A stretch of DNA of 63,170 nt, filler included, from Octopus bimaculoides (GCF_001194135.2; 6 parts of 6 records of this genome joined end to end with filler, not necessarily neighbours in it), one strand, 5' to 3'; shown: positions 25,428 through 39,228, counted from the whole stretch's first letter. Numbers and translations are program-made. Notes: generated from the sequence alone by a model not told the origin.

Positions 25428-25764
25428 CCGGGTTTAGTCCCATTGATTTCTCCTTGGGCAAGTCTCTTCTATTATAGTCTCAGGCCGACCAGAGATTTGT
25501 GAGTGGTTTTCGTAGATATATAGATATGTAAGTGTGTGTGAGTGTGTGTGTGTGTGTGTGTGTTTGTCTCCTGCCACTGCTTGGCGACTGGTATTGTTAT
25601 GTTTACGTCCGCGTAAATTAGCAGTTCAACCAAAGAAGCTCATATTATAAATACCAGTCTTAGAAGGAAGGTAAGTACAGGAGGCGATTAGTTCGAATAG
25701 AATTCCTCACGATGGTGCTCCAGCATGGCCGTAGTCTAATGACTGAAACAAGTAAAATATAAAA
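25428..25764 (+). mobile_element. SINE family A copy (5'-degenerate)
   Basis: CCTTGGGCAAGTCTCTTCTATTATAGTCTCAGGCCGACC, internal (TG)n, tail GGTGCTCCAGCATGGCCGTAGTCTAATGACTGAAACAAGTAAAA. Confidence 0.75.
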
Positions 25765-26772
25765 CGTTTATAACGCCTATCAAACTTCAACGTCAAAGAT
25801 GACTGATTAAAAATATTATCAGTAGATGTCTTAAGAGACTCCAGGGATGAAGAGTGAATTACTTCTGGTTAACATAAATAAGTATGCTAATGTTATTCGC
25901 CTGGTCTTTGGACTTTCAATCCTAAATATTTTAGGTTCCAATTCGAGAACGTTTACCCGCGATGGATTTAAACAGCTACAACTGCATACTTGATACATTG
26001 TTCCCATTTCGCAGTAATATATTTACCAACCGTTCCAATTATTCCTGTTGATACTTTAATGACAACTTTCAATTGCAGCTATCATTATCTATAATCTTTT
26101 ATAGAAGCTGTCAAAAGATACTTAAAAAATAAAGAACCTAAAACAGACTGATCGCAAATCACAATAAGAGGTTTGCAGTGAATTTGAACTTCCGTAGCAG
26201 TTCATAATCTAATTTCATATTCATTCGATAATTGCATCTCTACCCAGCATGATATTGTGAAGTTAAAGCAACGACATATAGATTGATAGAATGTACCGCC
26301 ATAAACTCACACACATACACCTTATTATTGCTAAAAATGTATTTACGCTGAGTTTTATCAAAACCGATATTAGTGTTTGAAGCTCAAACACAAAATCATT
26401 AACATGTAAGAAATTTCTACGTATATTAATGACATTTACTTTTCTCTAGAGATGCCACAATAAATAATTTCGTTACCAATTTCTGTGACAATTTTAATTA
26501 GGAAAAAGAAATGAAAATTGCAGTTAAACAATGGCTGCAACTTTCACAGTAATCCTGTTAACAGGTTTTTACGACTTTGTAGAAATATCGTTAAAATTGG
26601 ATTCATTAATACATGTGTGTACTTTCCCTAATGATCACAATGTGTCACTTTATGCACAGTGACTCACTAAGAATTAAAGAGATGGCACCGAATCTTTTTT
26701 ATTCAAAATTTCGAGACAACGGTGTTATATGAGGAGAGATTCATATAACTTTTAATTTATTATTTTCTAACA

Positions 26773-27415
26773 GGAAGGCAGTGAGCTGGCATAATCGTTA
26801 GCACGCCGGGTGAAATACTTTGTGGTATTTCGCCCGTCACTACGTGCTGAGTTCAAATTCCGCCGAGGTCGACTTTGCCTTTCATCCTTTCGGGGTCGTT
26901 TAATTAAGTACCAGCTACGCCCTGGAGTCGATGTAATCGACTTATTACCTTTGTCTGTCCTTGTTTGTGCCCTCTATGTTTAGCCCTTTGTGGGCAATAA
27001 AGAAATAAGAATCGTTATTACGCCGGGTGAAATACTTTTGGGTATTTCGCCCGTCACTACGTTCTGAGTTCAAATTCCGCCGAGGTCGACTTTGCCTTTC
27101 ATCCTTTCGGGGTCGATAAATTAAGTACCAGCTACGCACTGGAGTCGATGTAATCGACTTATTACCTTTGTCTGTCTTTGTTTGTGCCCTCTATGTTTAG
27201 CATTTTGTGGGCAATAAAGAAATAAGAATCGTTAGTACGCCGGGTGAAGTACGTTTGGGTATTTCGCCCGTCACTACGTTCTGAGTTCAAATTCCGCCGA
27301 GGTCGACATTGCCTTTCGGGGTCGATAAATTAAGAACCAGTTGCGTAATGGCGTAATCGACCACTCCCTTCCCCCAAAATTTCAAGGCCTTCTGCCTTCA
27401 GAAGAAAACATTATT
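26773..27415 (+). mobile_element. SINE family B head-to-tail trimer (217-bp period)
   Basis: AATCGTTA starts at 26793, 27010 and 27227. B-box-like GAGTTCAAATTCC is present in each unit. Units 1-2 share one tail; unit 3 has a different tail. Confidence 0.9.
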
Positions 27416-27614
27416 CTGTAACGGAATTTGTAATTACTATAACAAAAACTAAACGAAGTCTTCAGTTGTAATCGATTTCAAATGCTTTGCTATATCTTAT
27501 AAAGATATATTTTCTCAAAACTGCAAGTGCATCTCTGCAATATCTTTTCTAAATATCTATCTATCTACCTGACTGTCTAAACATACATACATACATATAC
27601 ACACNNNNNNNNNN

Positions 27615-27657
<43 letters not shown>

Positions 27658-28590
27658 TATATGCATATATATATATATATAAGATATACATATGTTATTG
27701 ACAAATTTCAAAATTAACTTAAATTTAATTTGAAAAACGAGAATGAATACGGAGAACGAAATTTAAGTAGTAACACATTTCAGCATCAGAACCTGAAGCT
27801 AGTGTTACAAGGTTTCATAAATATATTGATGAATTTGTATTTACGTGAAATTTCAAAAGAAACATTGTGAAATCTAATTAGCTTCTCTCTAACAGAATGA
27901 GTTTTCCAATGGAATGTCGCAAATGTCGGTTTACTGGGTTCTTCAACATTTCAAGATCTAATCGTATATATTTGATTATTTTATTTCTGGTTTTTGTTTG
28001 TTTTGTTTTCCTATTTCGAATTAATATTTTACACTAAAGGAAACACAGTTAACACCGAAAACAGATTTTGAAAAGAAAAGAAAATATATATATATTATAA
28101 ATGAAATATAAATAAATCGTAAATATTTAAATTATAAGTTTTGCAAAGGAACAGCATTATTCCAGCCTGTGGTATATAATTTTTATAACCGATATCTAAT
28201 GCATAAGTACGCTGGACTCCCGAAGGCACTCGTCGAGTTAGATATTATTTCGATATCCTAATTGGTGTGTTTTCCTTTATCTTACAATGAAACTGTATTT
28301 ACAAATTCCATTATATGCAAGATCCAACACACTTTTCCTCTTGCTTCTTCGTTCTTGCTTTTTTGCTTATTCCCCTTCTACGTATTCATAATTCTTATTT
28401 CTTTTCTTTTTTTTTTCCACATTCCAATACTTTCTCATTCCTCTCTTCGTGTATCTCCTCTTTTGAACATATCTTCTATTACTCAAACATCAAGGAATTA
28501 TTTGCCTCACTTGTAGAAAAGTTTTATTTGTATGTATATCCGTGTTTGTCTGTATTCATGTACGCATGCATATCTATCTATCTATCTATA

Positions 28591-28624
<34 letters not shown>

Positions 28625-28679
28625 CGCATGCATATCTATATCTATATATATATCATTTCACAGAACTTGATTCAACTCC

Positions 28680-28890
28680 TTGTGTGTGTCTTTTTATCTC
28701 TGTCTCTTACTACAGCTTGACAACCGGTGTTGGTGCGTTGACGTCCCCAAAAATTAGCGGTTCAGGAAAAAGGATACAATAAGCATGAAGCTTCATGAAA
28801 ATTAGTGCTGGGGTCGATTAATTCCACTAAAAATTCTAAAATACGATTCTCCACCATGGTTGCAGTCTAATTATTGAATAAAGTAAAAGA
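28680..28890 (+). mobile_element. SINE family A, 3' half
   Basis: GCTTGACAACCGGTGTTGGTG..TAGCGGTTC..GGGGTCGATT..CATGGTTGCAGTCTAAT aligns with A copies. Confidence 0.65.
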
Positions 28891-29653
28891 ATACACACAA
28901 ACACACATACACACATACAAATATATATACACACAGAGAGATGCGTGTATGTAGGCATATATGTATGTATATGTACATATATATATACATATATATNNNN
29001 NNNNNNNNNNNNNNNNNNNNNNNNNNNNNNNNNNNNNNNNNNNNNNNNNNNNNNNNNNNNNNNNNNNNNNNNNNNNNNATATATATATGAGTATGTATGT
29101 TCATTTGAAACATTTATTTATCGGTCAATTGTCTTACGAATAATATAGTATTAATGTCACTTCTATAAAATATAATAAATTATGTCTAAAGTTTCGTTTT
29201 ATAGTTTGGCATTCGATTGTCTTATGAATATATGTGGTGCCTTTAATAGATTATGTTTTCGATGGACTTCCATAGATTATCAGTTAATTGTCATATTATG
29301 CAAATTAGAACTTCGACCTAATTCATAGTAAAAAGCGTTTGCTACAAGCGTAGCATTAATACAAACGTAGCAGGGTAAATAATTCAGATTATGTATGTGT
29401 ATGTGTGTATGTATGTATGTATGTATGTATGTATTTATGTATGGTATTTATGTATGGTAACAAATGCACACACACATATATATATTTATCACTATGTACA
29501 TAAATATCTTATCAATATATACATTTCATACACCATTAGATTGAAATAACGTCGAGTATACATGCTTATGTCACGAACAACAACAATAACTGTAATATTA
29601 ATATTTCGTCTCAGAGGAAAAGAAAGTGCCTATGGAGTCGTTTGACCCAGACG

Positions 29654-29912
29654 AAATATCCTTTTCTCTTCTTGACACAAGGCCCGCAATTTTGGGGCAG
29701 GAGGCCAGTCGATTATATCGACTCCAGTACGCATCTGGTACTTAATTAATCAACCCCGATATGATGAAATGCAAAGTCGACCTCGGCAGAATTTGAACTT
29801 AAAACATGAAATACCGCTAAGCATTTCGCCCGGCGTGCTAACGTTTCTTATTTCTTTACTGCCCAAAAGGGGCTACACACAGAGGGGACATACAAGGAGA
29901 GATAAAGGGATT
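29654..29912 (-). mobile_element. SINE family B, 5'-truncated dimer (end of an internal-type unit plus a terminal unit)
   Basis: Minus strand: ..TAGCCCCTTTTGGGCAGTAAAGAAATAAGAAACGTTAGCACGCCGGGCGAAATGCTTAGCGGTATTTC..; same junction as in the trimer. Confidence 0.85.
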
Positions 29913-30049
29913 CCCAATATAATCCTACCCATGTAGAATGGCTTTATAGAACGGTTATGTCTCATTCCTTTCTATGCTTAATTGTTTTTGGTCCCTTTTT
30001 TAAAAAACTTCTTGTCAATCTTTATTATAGAATCGGAAGACAGTTATAT

Positions 30050-31660
30050 TCATCCTAAACGTGACAGTTGTTCAACATAAACTCACATTTCCGAAATTTT
30101 CAGACACTGCACAATTGCGTGCAGAAGTTTCACTGCTCTGCTCGCATCTTGGGCAAGTGGGCGAATAAGTAGAGCCATGCCTGGCGAGTTTATACCACAC
30201 TGGTAAAGTTCCTCGGTAACATTGCCAGCTCAAGGACTTTTGGAAATTATCCACATGCTTTAGCCCAAATGTCCTTTAAAACAGGCCGGCAAGCTGACTA
30301 TCATCGAAGCCCATGGTGTCGTCACACTTGGCCTCTACCACCTCCTCTATAAAATGACTACCTGGAACCCCCGTCACTGGCATTACTCATCCAGGAGAAG
30401 CGTGAGTGCCTGACGATACACGGCTTGCCACGCTCCCAACGTTGGTCTACCTTTAATCCAAGGTTCCAGTTCACTGAAAGTAGTTAACCGAGAGTGTATG
30501 AGTTTGCCATGCGTAGACCACCCCCGTTCACCATCCAGTGAAAGTCACAGATGCGTCAGCCAGTGTGCATGCCTCTGCATCATTAGCAATGGCATCCCTA
30601 GCACACCCTTTAGCTGTTGTTGGCAACATATAGAGGGCCTTACAAGAGGTCCTTTGCACTTCAGCAAAAGCCGTAATAGCAATCGTTCCAGCGTGTTGTG
30701 TAGCCACGAATCGGGGCAAGGGTCGATGGTTAGGCGGTAGACGATCACAGATGCGATGAACACATCTGCTACCCCTGCCCTTCCTTTCAGGGATAGCCTC
30801 CGCTCAGACAAGGTCTGGGTTAATTGGGTCACCCCGATCGCACCCTCACTCCAAGCATTTTAACAGGCCCGTCCTCCAGCGTCCTGGGCGGTGTTAACAT
30901 GCGTCTCCAGATGCCGAGCCGCAAGCCAACCGACTTCTCTAGGTTAATTTTTGCTCCTGCCACTGCCTCGTTATACTTACTGTTGGTGTTGGACCTTGGA
31001 TACGATGATGGTGATGTCATCTGCGTATGCCGTAACTGACCTCCGACATCCTAGATCTCTTCAACACATACAGGAGTGGGAAAAGAAGACATGCTTGACG
31101 GACCCAGCGCTCAATCCAGAACAATTCTGAAAAGAAAACGTTCACCCGAACGATCGATTTGATGTCGCTATATAGAGCGGTGATCCATCCACAGAGAGTC
31201 GTGCCAAACCCCGCCGCTGTAAGGAACGCCGCCAGATACCGATGCTCAACATTATCAAATGCTTTAGATTGGTCTCTGTTAGAATTCGTGCCAATACAAT
31301 CTTCCAGTGTATCGTAAATCGTGTTATATTCTCCTTACGACACTAAAGAGTGTGGTGTTCCTAGACAATTCTGTAGCCTTCTGATATAGTCCGACTATCC
31401 AGCTCCTCAATGGGCGTGGGTAGCCACACGCCTGAAGATCTTGCCACTGCTGTGCGTCACATCAATGACCACCAACCCGCCCTCCGGGACAACAAAGTTT
31501 GTTCTTGTCTCTAAAGTCAAATTTTTCCTGAGCAGAACTCTGACATCTCCACCCGCCTCACTCCAGGTTGGTATAGAGAAATGAATTTCTCGTACCCATT
31601 TAGGAGCGACGAAAGACTCGCAATCTACTCCGTTTCGTTTCTGTAGCAACTACCAGATCC
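30050..31660 (-). mobile_element. Decayed Tx1/L1-like LINE ORF2 with large internal deletion
   Basis: APE-like GGDVRVLLRK..VPEGGLVVIDVTHSSGKIFR (31407-31649). RT motifs DQSKAFDNVEHRYL (~31270) and AYADDITIIV (31016-31030). LSLKGRAGVADVFIASVIVYRL region, and C-terminal DNFQKSLSWQCYRGTLPV..PTCPRCEQ knuckle. Multiple stops and frameshifts. Confidence 0.85.
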
Positions 31661-32544
31661 ATCTGAAGTCGATAAAGTAAAGTACGAGCTAACATGGAGA
31701 GATCCTTATTTTCAACTAATCTCACCCTATAGCTTCTGGTCTTACCCTATATTTCACATGAGTACATTCATCAAATATTTTGTGCTCGAAGGACTACCAA
31801 TTTCTTTGTCCGCTTATCTTGTTGTCGATATGTCTTTTTTTCCCTATGAACTTGTGGAAAACAATACAAATGTGATCTCGACGTTTTATTCAATTTCAGA
31901 ATGATTTACAAAGATGCTTATTCATGATATGCTTAAAAGTATAACGTGTTGCCTGGTAAGTAACCTAAAAATTATAATACCTAAAATAAAATAAATTCTA
32001 TGCACTTTCTTGGTAATTATATAAAGAAGAAATATAAATAAATATTTATAAAATAACAAAGAAATATTATTAGATTTTACAGTGGAGAAAAATCTATGCA
32101 AAAAATAGGTTTAAACTTTTAAACTCTATATTTACTTACATTCCGACACTATTCTTCGTCTAACATTTTATTGTTTACCATCTTGTCTTTCTGGTTCTTC
32201 AATTCCATTCTATCTATCTATCAATCTACATGTATGTATGTATATATATATATATATATATATNNNNNNNNNNNNNNNNNNNNNNNNNNNNNNNNNNNNN
32301 NNNNNNNTTAATTAATTAANNNNNNNNNNNNNNNNNNNNNNNNNNNNNNNNNNNNNNNNNNNNTGGTCGACCCGCGGCTATGGTAGAAGTGATTTGCCCA
32401 TGATATAGTACAGACACGGTGAGCACTTGAGTGATTGCGACTGAAATGGCTTAACATAAATGATGGAATGATGACTCTGAAGAATATAGTAGACAATGAT
32501 TATCTCTGGTTCATATTTCACTCCGGGCTACCCGTGTGTCGAGA

Positions 32545-32755
32545 TTTGGAACTGATATTTCTCACCAGGAAGACAGCAAGTTTTCACAATCGTTAACACG
32601 CCGAGTAAAATAATTAGCAGCATTTCGTCCGCTTTTACGTCCTGAGTTGAAATTACGACGGGTTTGACTTTAACTTTCGTTTCTTTGAGGTCCATAAAAT
32701 AATTACCAGTTGAACACAGGAATTGATGTAATCGGCTTAAACCTTCTCCTAAACA
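32545..32755 (+). mobile_element. Degenerate SINE family B monomer
   Basis: AATCGTTAACACGCCGAGTAAAATAATTAGCAGCATTTCGTCCGCTTTTACGTCCTGAGTTGAAATT..TGATGTAATCGGCTTA. Confidence 0.6.
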
Positions 32756-33455
32756 ATATTTCACAACTGAAATCTAATTCAATATGTGCTAAGAGATATT
32801 TAGTGTAAACAAACAGCTGAATCAGATTGAATTGTCTGTGTGTGTTTGTTGGGATTGTATGTGTATGTGTTTGTGTGTGTATGTGTATGTATGTATGTGT
32901 GTGTGCGTTATGATGTCATGTAGTATGTATGTTCCTACTTGTAAATTAGTGACAAACGATAGAACATGAATGTGCTTTGTAGCATTAATATGAAATATCA
33001 TTTAACTTCTGTGAATTCATAAAACAGATTAAACAGATTATTCTCTTCATGAGACTCTCTTGATTCGTAAGAATTCCAAATAAAGCTCCGTAAAACTGAA
33101 GCAAAATGCGAAACGAAGCAGCAATTTATATTTTTAGCTAACATTAAACCTGTCTTTTTTTTATATTTTCATCAAATATTATTAAAGATGATTCGAGAAA
33201 ATACTGCTTGGATATACAACGCATCATAACGGCATATACATTTTTGAGAATGTATGCTAGGAATATGTTTGAATATAAATAATATCTACAAGAAAATTAT
33301 AACAGAATAAATTAACAGGATGTAAAACACTTCAAGAAAGTGTAAGTCACATGTAATCTCATTTTGCTTTTGATATATTTATCTGTGTGTGTATGTGTCT
33401 CACTCTTTTCTCACTCTCGCTCTCACTCTCTCAATCTCTGGCAGCGTACAGCGTA

Positions 33456-33494
33456 CCAGACAGAGCATTGTGAGTGTTTATTGAGCGAAAACAC
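33456..33494 (+). mobile_element. Isolated 39-bp internal fragment of SINE family D
   Basis: CCAGACAGAGCATTGTGAGTGTTTATTGAGCGAAAACAC matches the copy at about 56644-56682 with 2 mismatches. Confidence 0.65.
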
Positions 33495-36400
33495 AACCAG
33501 CCCCTTCATCGCAAAATTTCAAACCTATTACCTATTGCAGAAAAGGATCATTAAATATTTTATCTCTAATATATACACAGTTGAGCATTTAGTAATCATT
33601 CATTTTGAATTCTTATAATTTTATTCTCCTTCATATAGCCCGACATATTTAAATGTTAAGGCGAATACAACTGCATGTCTTCACACACCCACACNNNNNN
33701 NNNNNNNNNNNNNNNNNNNNNNNNNNNNNNNNNNNNNNNNNNNNNNNNNNNNNNNNNNNNNNNNNNNNNNNNNNNNNNNNNNNNNNNNNNNNNNNNNNNN
33801 NNNNNNNNNNNNNNNNNNNNNNNNNNNNNNNNNNNNNNNNNNNNNNNNNNNNNNNNNNNNNNNNNNNNNNNNNNNNNNNNNNNNNNNNNNNNNNNNNNNN
33901 NNNNNNNNNNNNNNNNNNNNNNNNNNNNNNNNNNNNNNNNNNNNNNNNNNNNNNNNNNNNNNNNNNNNNNNNNNNNNNNNNNNNNNNNNNNNNNNNNNNN
34001 NNNNNNNNNNNNNNNNNNNNNNNNNNNNNNNNNNNNNNNNNNNNNNNNNNNNNNNNNNNNNNNNNNNNNNNNNNNNNNNNNNNNNNNNNNNNNNNNNNNN
34101 NNNNNNNNNNNNNNNNNNNNNNNNNNNNNNNNNNNNNNNNNNNNNNNNNNNNNNNNNNNNNNNNNNNNNNNNNNNNNNNNNNNNNNNNNNNNNNNNNNNN
34201 NNNNNNNNNNNNNNNNNNNNNNNNNNNNNNNNNNNNNNNNNNNNNNNNNNNNNNNNNNNNNNNNNNNNNNNNNNNNNNNNNNNNNNNNNGAGAGAAAAAA
34301 AGGAAGAGAGAGAAAGGCGCTAAAACTTGAACGTGTTGACTTCAAAGTCACGATCGGTTGCGATTGTTAGAAGTATAAGAACAATTTCATTTCCATATGC
34401 ATCGATTTATGTTCATAACCGATCAATTAATTTATCAATTAATCCATTAATTATTGAAACAGTTATTCATTAACCATTTTACGCATCTTCAAGTTCACAC
34501 GAGTACAGCTGAAGGTTAATAATCTTTTGAGCAACCCATCAATGATTTGGAATGCCTGAAATGTTTTGTCACTCCTTCATACTCCATGAATGACATGCAT
34601 TTCTCACCATAAACTTCCGCTGTGGCTGAAAACTTTTGTTACTGCTTTTGTTATTATCATTTCTGTGAATGTATGAGTTTGCATGCATGGTGGTGATAGA
34701 ATGTGAGGTCGTATTTGAACCTGTTATTTTTTTAGGTTTTTAATATTGAGTGTTTATATAAGTTAATTGTGTGCATATGTGTATTTACCCATTCCTGTAC
34801 GGGTATGAAACTTCAGGACTGTGTTCCAGTTTAGGTCACTGGCTATATCTTTAAATTTACGATTGCTTACGTCTCATCATTTTTTATTTGATGACAAAAA
34901 AAAATTTCCCTACGCATACGCACATAGTGATATGCAGGCATATGTCGTGTATCAGTGCGTGTGTATGTGCATCAGTGTATTTAAATGTATATAGGAGAAA
35001 TAAGGATAAAAACAAGTATATGTATAAGTCCCTACGACTGTTTTACCATTATGGTTATTTGGAGCACTGCAATAGATAACCACAGGTAATTTAGACGCTT
35101 ACACACAAAAAATAATTTGGTAACGTGATGGCAATAATTTTTATCGCTAACAACTTTATTAACAACCATGTTTCTTCTTTTCCTTATTACATCTAATGAA
35201 AGCTGGCACAACATCAGGAGTTACTTTTCTTAATCCCTTTTCAACACCGCTAGTTTTAACATGTGCATTTAGCAAATCGCCATTTTTGTAGTTGTCCTAA
35301 TATTTTGGTTTCTTATGTCGATCGACATCTACGAAACACAAGATTAAACCAATCAGAAATGTATACCATGATGCATAACCATCTTGCATCAAATTCTATC
35401 AAGTGTCAAAGACGCACTAGATAATGTGCTGCTGGGTCCCCTTTGGTTGGAATATTCTTAGGATAATCACATATCCATCTACAAATCTGTAGTTTGGTTT
35501 GATGTGGAGTTAAAGTGATAACGACAAAAACAGAGTAAACACTACTGGAATGAAAAACCTAAGTCGTCGGAAGAGGAATAATAGTAGGTATCAAGATCAT
35601 ACAAGTGAATGGAAAATCTCAGGTAACTAATTTGAGAATATATGGAGAAAATATGTTTGGGTATGACAGAGGAAAGTACCAACAACCTTGTACAACAAAT
35701 ATATTTGATCTATCTCCTGTTGCGCTAACAGGAATATAGCTCCAATCCTTATAAGAAAAAATCATAAAGTACAATATTATGAATCGATATCCTCAGAAGT
35801 CACACATAACATAACGTAATGAAAGAAAACAAAATATCAAATTGAAAACCCTTCAGAGATGTGAAGACTAAATGTTTGTCGCTGCTGCAACCAATAGTTA
35901 ACTGCAAATATACCATTGTACATGTATATAGTCATAACGAAACCGGTACATATTTAGCACACTAGAAATTAATAATAACATCATCGCAGCACAGACGAAG
36001 TTTATACCGATAGACATAGAATACAAAGAGATATCCAAACTCAACTTATATCCAATAACCTTAAAAATAGATCACATCGTATAATGTAGTTGAGGTTTAT
36101 TATGCATATGAAAAAATATATATGATCATGGCTGGATAGTTTTTCATAATACGCTTAGTCAACCGAAGCCGATTTAAGGCAACATAATATTAACAAAAAA
36201 TAGCGACAGAGAGAAGTACAGCATGGTAGTAGAATTGCCAAAAAAATGATGCAAATTGATCTCATATATTAACCTTTCTATTTAGAATTAGTTTTGGAAG
36301 AATATTTATTTGAAGTCGCTTTTAAAACCAATACTGCTATATTTAGGGGCAAAAAAAGAAAAAACAGGAATGAGAAAACGTATAAACCCGCTTACCGCAA

Positions 36401-36927
36401 GAACAAAAAAATCGGCAAGTGTTTATAGCCTATATACAGAATGAATATTCCGAAATATCATGATCTATAATATTAACACGCGAAATTATTTATCAGTATC
36501 TTATATTTATCGGGAAGGAAAGGTGGGATAGTGAACGATTTTCAGTATAAATCGATAGACTCGTTGATCAGACTACATTTACGAACAAGCATACACACTA
36601 TCAAACAGTTATTAGTACGAGTGTTATTTTTAAAGAATGCCGTTTAAAATATCGTATCGTTTGAGGAACATTGAGAAGCGGCGCATGCACAACTATTCAT
36701 ACACAAAGACTTCCTAATGCTTCACATGTTGAATTTTTACAACTAAGAAACTAAACTATGGACGCAATCATGACTCCCTCTTATGAAACTAACACACAAA
36801 TTTATATACCAGTGGGGTATATACAAAGAAAGCCTGACCACTTACAATTTCATAGATTCCATTTAGAGAGCCTTGTTTAGGGACTGTCACTAAACATATT
36901 CATTCATCCGTGACGGCCAGCGCATGA

Positions 36928-36992
36928 CACATGATATTAACGCACGTGGTCACATGATATTAACGCACGTGGTCACATGATATTAACGCACG
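36928..36992. repeat. 23-bp minisatellite x2.8 containing E-boxes
   Basis: CACATGATATTAACGCACGTGGT repeated at 36928, 36951 and 36974. Confidence 0.95.
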
Positions 36993-38324
36993 GACAGAGC
37001 GGGAAACCTACAAATGCTAATCGCGTGATTCTACTCAACTAGTTTCAACAGACAAAATTCAGACAGCCTTGTTTGTTTGCGATTGTCACCGACATGATAA
37101 CTCAAATGTGATAGCTTTATCATACGGAGTCAAACATTTTGTCACATGACATTAATGAAAAAGGTTTACTGGGTAATTTACAAAACTTTCTTAACCTAAT
37201 CACATGGTTATTTTCGACCAATCAAAACATAGCTAAAAGTGATACGAATTTTAGGGATGTACTCTATAAAAACAAGAGATTTTTTGAACTCCAATCAAAA
37301 GAAAGAGAATTGCAGTTACAGTCTCATGTCTTTTTATCTCAACTTTTGAAATCAAAGGGATCTGTGAAACAGGTCTTTAAAAATGTAAAATTCACAAAAT
37401 TCTCAACGATTGCCTCTGCATTTTCAATCTTTTATGTATATATATATTCTAAAGGGTATGAATTACATTCTTCTTAATTGGATTATTTAATAGTGGTTTT
37501 TATCTAAATTATATATATATATATATATATATATAACATTATGTATGCTAAATAATAACATGTTCGAATCTGTTGTCTGACAATTTATTGTCTGTTGAGT
37601 GATATCTGTATGCATCATCAAAGTATTAGCTGAAACTATAAAACAGAGCGGAAAATTCTCATTAAATTCATTAGTCTAGTGAAGGTTTTACGGAGGAGAC
37701 ATAAGGTCGGAACACCGATTAGACCATAGTCCCCGTAACCTAATACATAGAGTGTGTGATGCACGCACAATCGTTTTCACGCAATTGTCACAATAAAAAA
37801 ATTGTGCCGGAAGCCAGGAACACTCCAGTTTGAAATGTATGCCGCATCACTTATACCTAAACATATTTCAATAGAGAACAGGAAGCATGAAAGTGTCACA
37901 TTAAATATATTATGGGTATTCTACCGTCTTCAATCTTTTGAGGTCTGGAGCCATGTAGTGAATATGTGGGGAAAAGTTGCATTTTATTAAATCTGTAATA
38001 CAAAAATAACCAATGGGCAACACATTTTATAAACTCAAAACACCATAAAAAAAAGCTGTCATGCGTCAAAATCTCCCCAGTGATATAGGTAACAATGATT
38101 GATGAAATAAATGTAGAAGACTAGAATAAATACGTTCATATACTTATTTGTACAACAAAGAATTATATCGAATGTATAAACTGAGAAGCTACTTAGCTTA
38201 TTCATAAGCTGATCTTGTAATACACAATTATTAAAGAAATCTAATAGACTATTCCTGCACGTATATCAACAATCCAAGGAAAATTATTGCATACAACAAA
38301 GTAATCGGTGTGTGATCAAGAAAC

Positions 38325-38455
38325 TCATTTGTAAGCACGTGGTTTCGGGCTTGCTCATATTGCCCAGCATGTTGAAAATTTCTTTCTGCTACTACCTAGA
38401 GGCGATCAATGTGTTTTGAAGGAAATTGGAAACTCTCTGTAATCCCGCCGTATAT
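38325..38455 (+). mobile_element. Old SINE family A 5' half
   Basis: Degenerate match CACGTGGTTTCGGG..TTCTGCTACTACCTAGAGGCGATC..GGAAACT..CCCGCCGTATAT, followed by microsatellite as in other A copies. Confidence 0.45.
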
Positions 38456-38522
38456 CCATCCATCAATCCATGTATCTGTATCTATCTATATATATATATA
38501 TACATGTGTGTGGGGGTATGTG

Positions 38523-38567
<45 letters not shown>

Positions 38568-38639
38568 GTACATATATATATGTATACATATTTTTGTATG
38601 TATGTGAGTATGTATATATGTATGCATGTATGTAACTTT

Positions 38640-39228
38640 TATCATTTACTTGTTTCGGTTATCAGATNNNNNNNNNNNNNNNNNNNNNNNNNNNNNNNNN
38701 NNNNNNNNNNNNNNNNNNNNNNNNNNNNNNNNNNNNNNNNNNNNNNNNNNNNNNNNNNNNNNNNNNNNNNNNNNNNNNNNNNNNNNNNNNNNNNNNNNNN
38801 NNNNNNNNNNNNNNNNNNNNNNNNNNNNNNNNNNNNNNNNNNNNNNNNNNNNNNNNNNNNNNNNNNNNNNNNNNNNNNNNNNNNNNNNNNNNNNNNNNNN
38901 NNNNNNNNNNNNNNNNNNNNNNNNNNNNNNNNNNNNNNNNNNNNNNNNNNNNNNNNNNNNNNNNNNNNNNNNNNNNNNNNNNNNNNNNNNNNNNNNNNNN
39001 NNNNNNNNNNNNNNNNNNNNNNNNNNNNNNNNNNNNNNNNNNNNNNNNNNNNNNNNNNNNNNNNNNNNCACGACATGCTTTTTCCAGTTTCCGGCTACCA
39101 AATCTACTCATAAGGATCTGGGCGGCTTGATTCTATAGTAGAAACATTTGCCCAAATTTCCTCGCAGTTTGACTGGATCCGAAACCATGCTGTTAGGAAA
39201 CAACCCTCTTACAACATACCCATGCCTT
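38640..39228 (-). mobile_element. SINE family A spanning an N gap
   Basis: Tail-like TTTACTTGTTTCGGTTAT before the gap; 5' half (CAGTTTCCGGCTACCAAATCTACTCA..TTTGCCCAA..GAAACCATG) after it. Confidence 0.6.

Noticed and set aside
26793-27415. Regularly spaced repeats as a CRISPR-like array (also the 23-bp repeat at 36928)
   Set aside because: Whole units are repeated with no unique spacers; eukaryotic context; no cas genes.
34580-34680. Minus-strand EVYGEKCMS, mariner-like peptide
   Set aside because: Too short and unsupported by flanking motifs or TIRs.
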